Source: Eledone cirrhosa (Eukaryota). Taken from it: a stretch of 64,000 nucleotides of DNA. The stretch is taken from positions 124,001 through 188,000 of the forward strand of contig CAXHJY010000210.1 of NCBI GenBank assembly GCA_964016885.1, read 5' to 3'. Both the position numbers and the translations under genes were made by a program. The notes under the pieces were generated by a model. That model saw only the letters and a list, made by a program, of their open reading frames with translations. It was not told the origin of the DNA and did not search any database. Position 1 is the first letter of the stretch, and each line of letters opens with the position of its first letter. This document shows positions 63,781 through 64,000 of the stretch, one piece after another.

Positions 63781-64000
63781 TTCCATAATATAAGAAGTTG
63801 GGACAGTGAAATTAAAATACAAGTCATTCTGATCACATTGAGTTCTTCATGTAGATTGGACCCCGCAACCGACAGTGGTGAATTCTGTGTGCGCATATAT
63901 ATATAGATATATGTGTGTGCACGTGCAGGGTTTAACATGGATGTGTTGGTCACACAAAGGCATGGTCTGTCAACGAATAAACCTGATTCTACAGAATTGG

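Noticed and set aside
63064-63953. Long ORFs rich in Y/I/H/T/V/C (also near 1092, 19433, 21254, 44709, 47565, 58202)
   Set aside because: Translations of (TA)n/(CA)n microsatellites, which lack stop codons.

Overview
AT-rich eukaryotic genomic DNA, about all of it repeats and (TA)n/(CA)n/(GA)n microsatellites. The SINE and MITE repertoire suggests an octopodid cephalopod (inference). No host protein-coding exon could be identified; the only gene-like signal is a candidate 35-nt minus-strand exon at 377-411 with recursive-splice-site architecture. Recognisable elements: decayed RTE LINEs (one near full length with a twin-priming-type 5' inversion), R4/Dong-like and CRE-like restriction-endonuclease retroposons, Penelope-like elements (PLEs; Neptune-type and a second, probably Nematis-type clade), a Helitron RepHel remnant plus non-autonomous Helitrons, a Sola2-like transposase relic, piggyBac- and Tc1/mariner-type MITEs, and many tRNA-derived SINEs. 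The main unexpected signal is about 17 type I hammerhead ribozyme (HHR) motifs read by eye. Five have the non-standard U3-A8 core (UUGANAA) with covarying stems. Many sit in short non-coding fold-back elements embedded in (TA)n tracts, some demonstrably built from PLE terminal repeats. This looks like a family of ribozyme-bearing, microsatellite-associated fold-back mini-retroelements. All calls are manual; no searches or folding computations were run.
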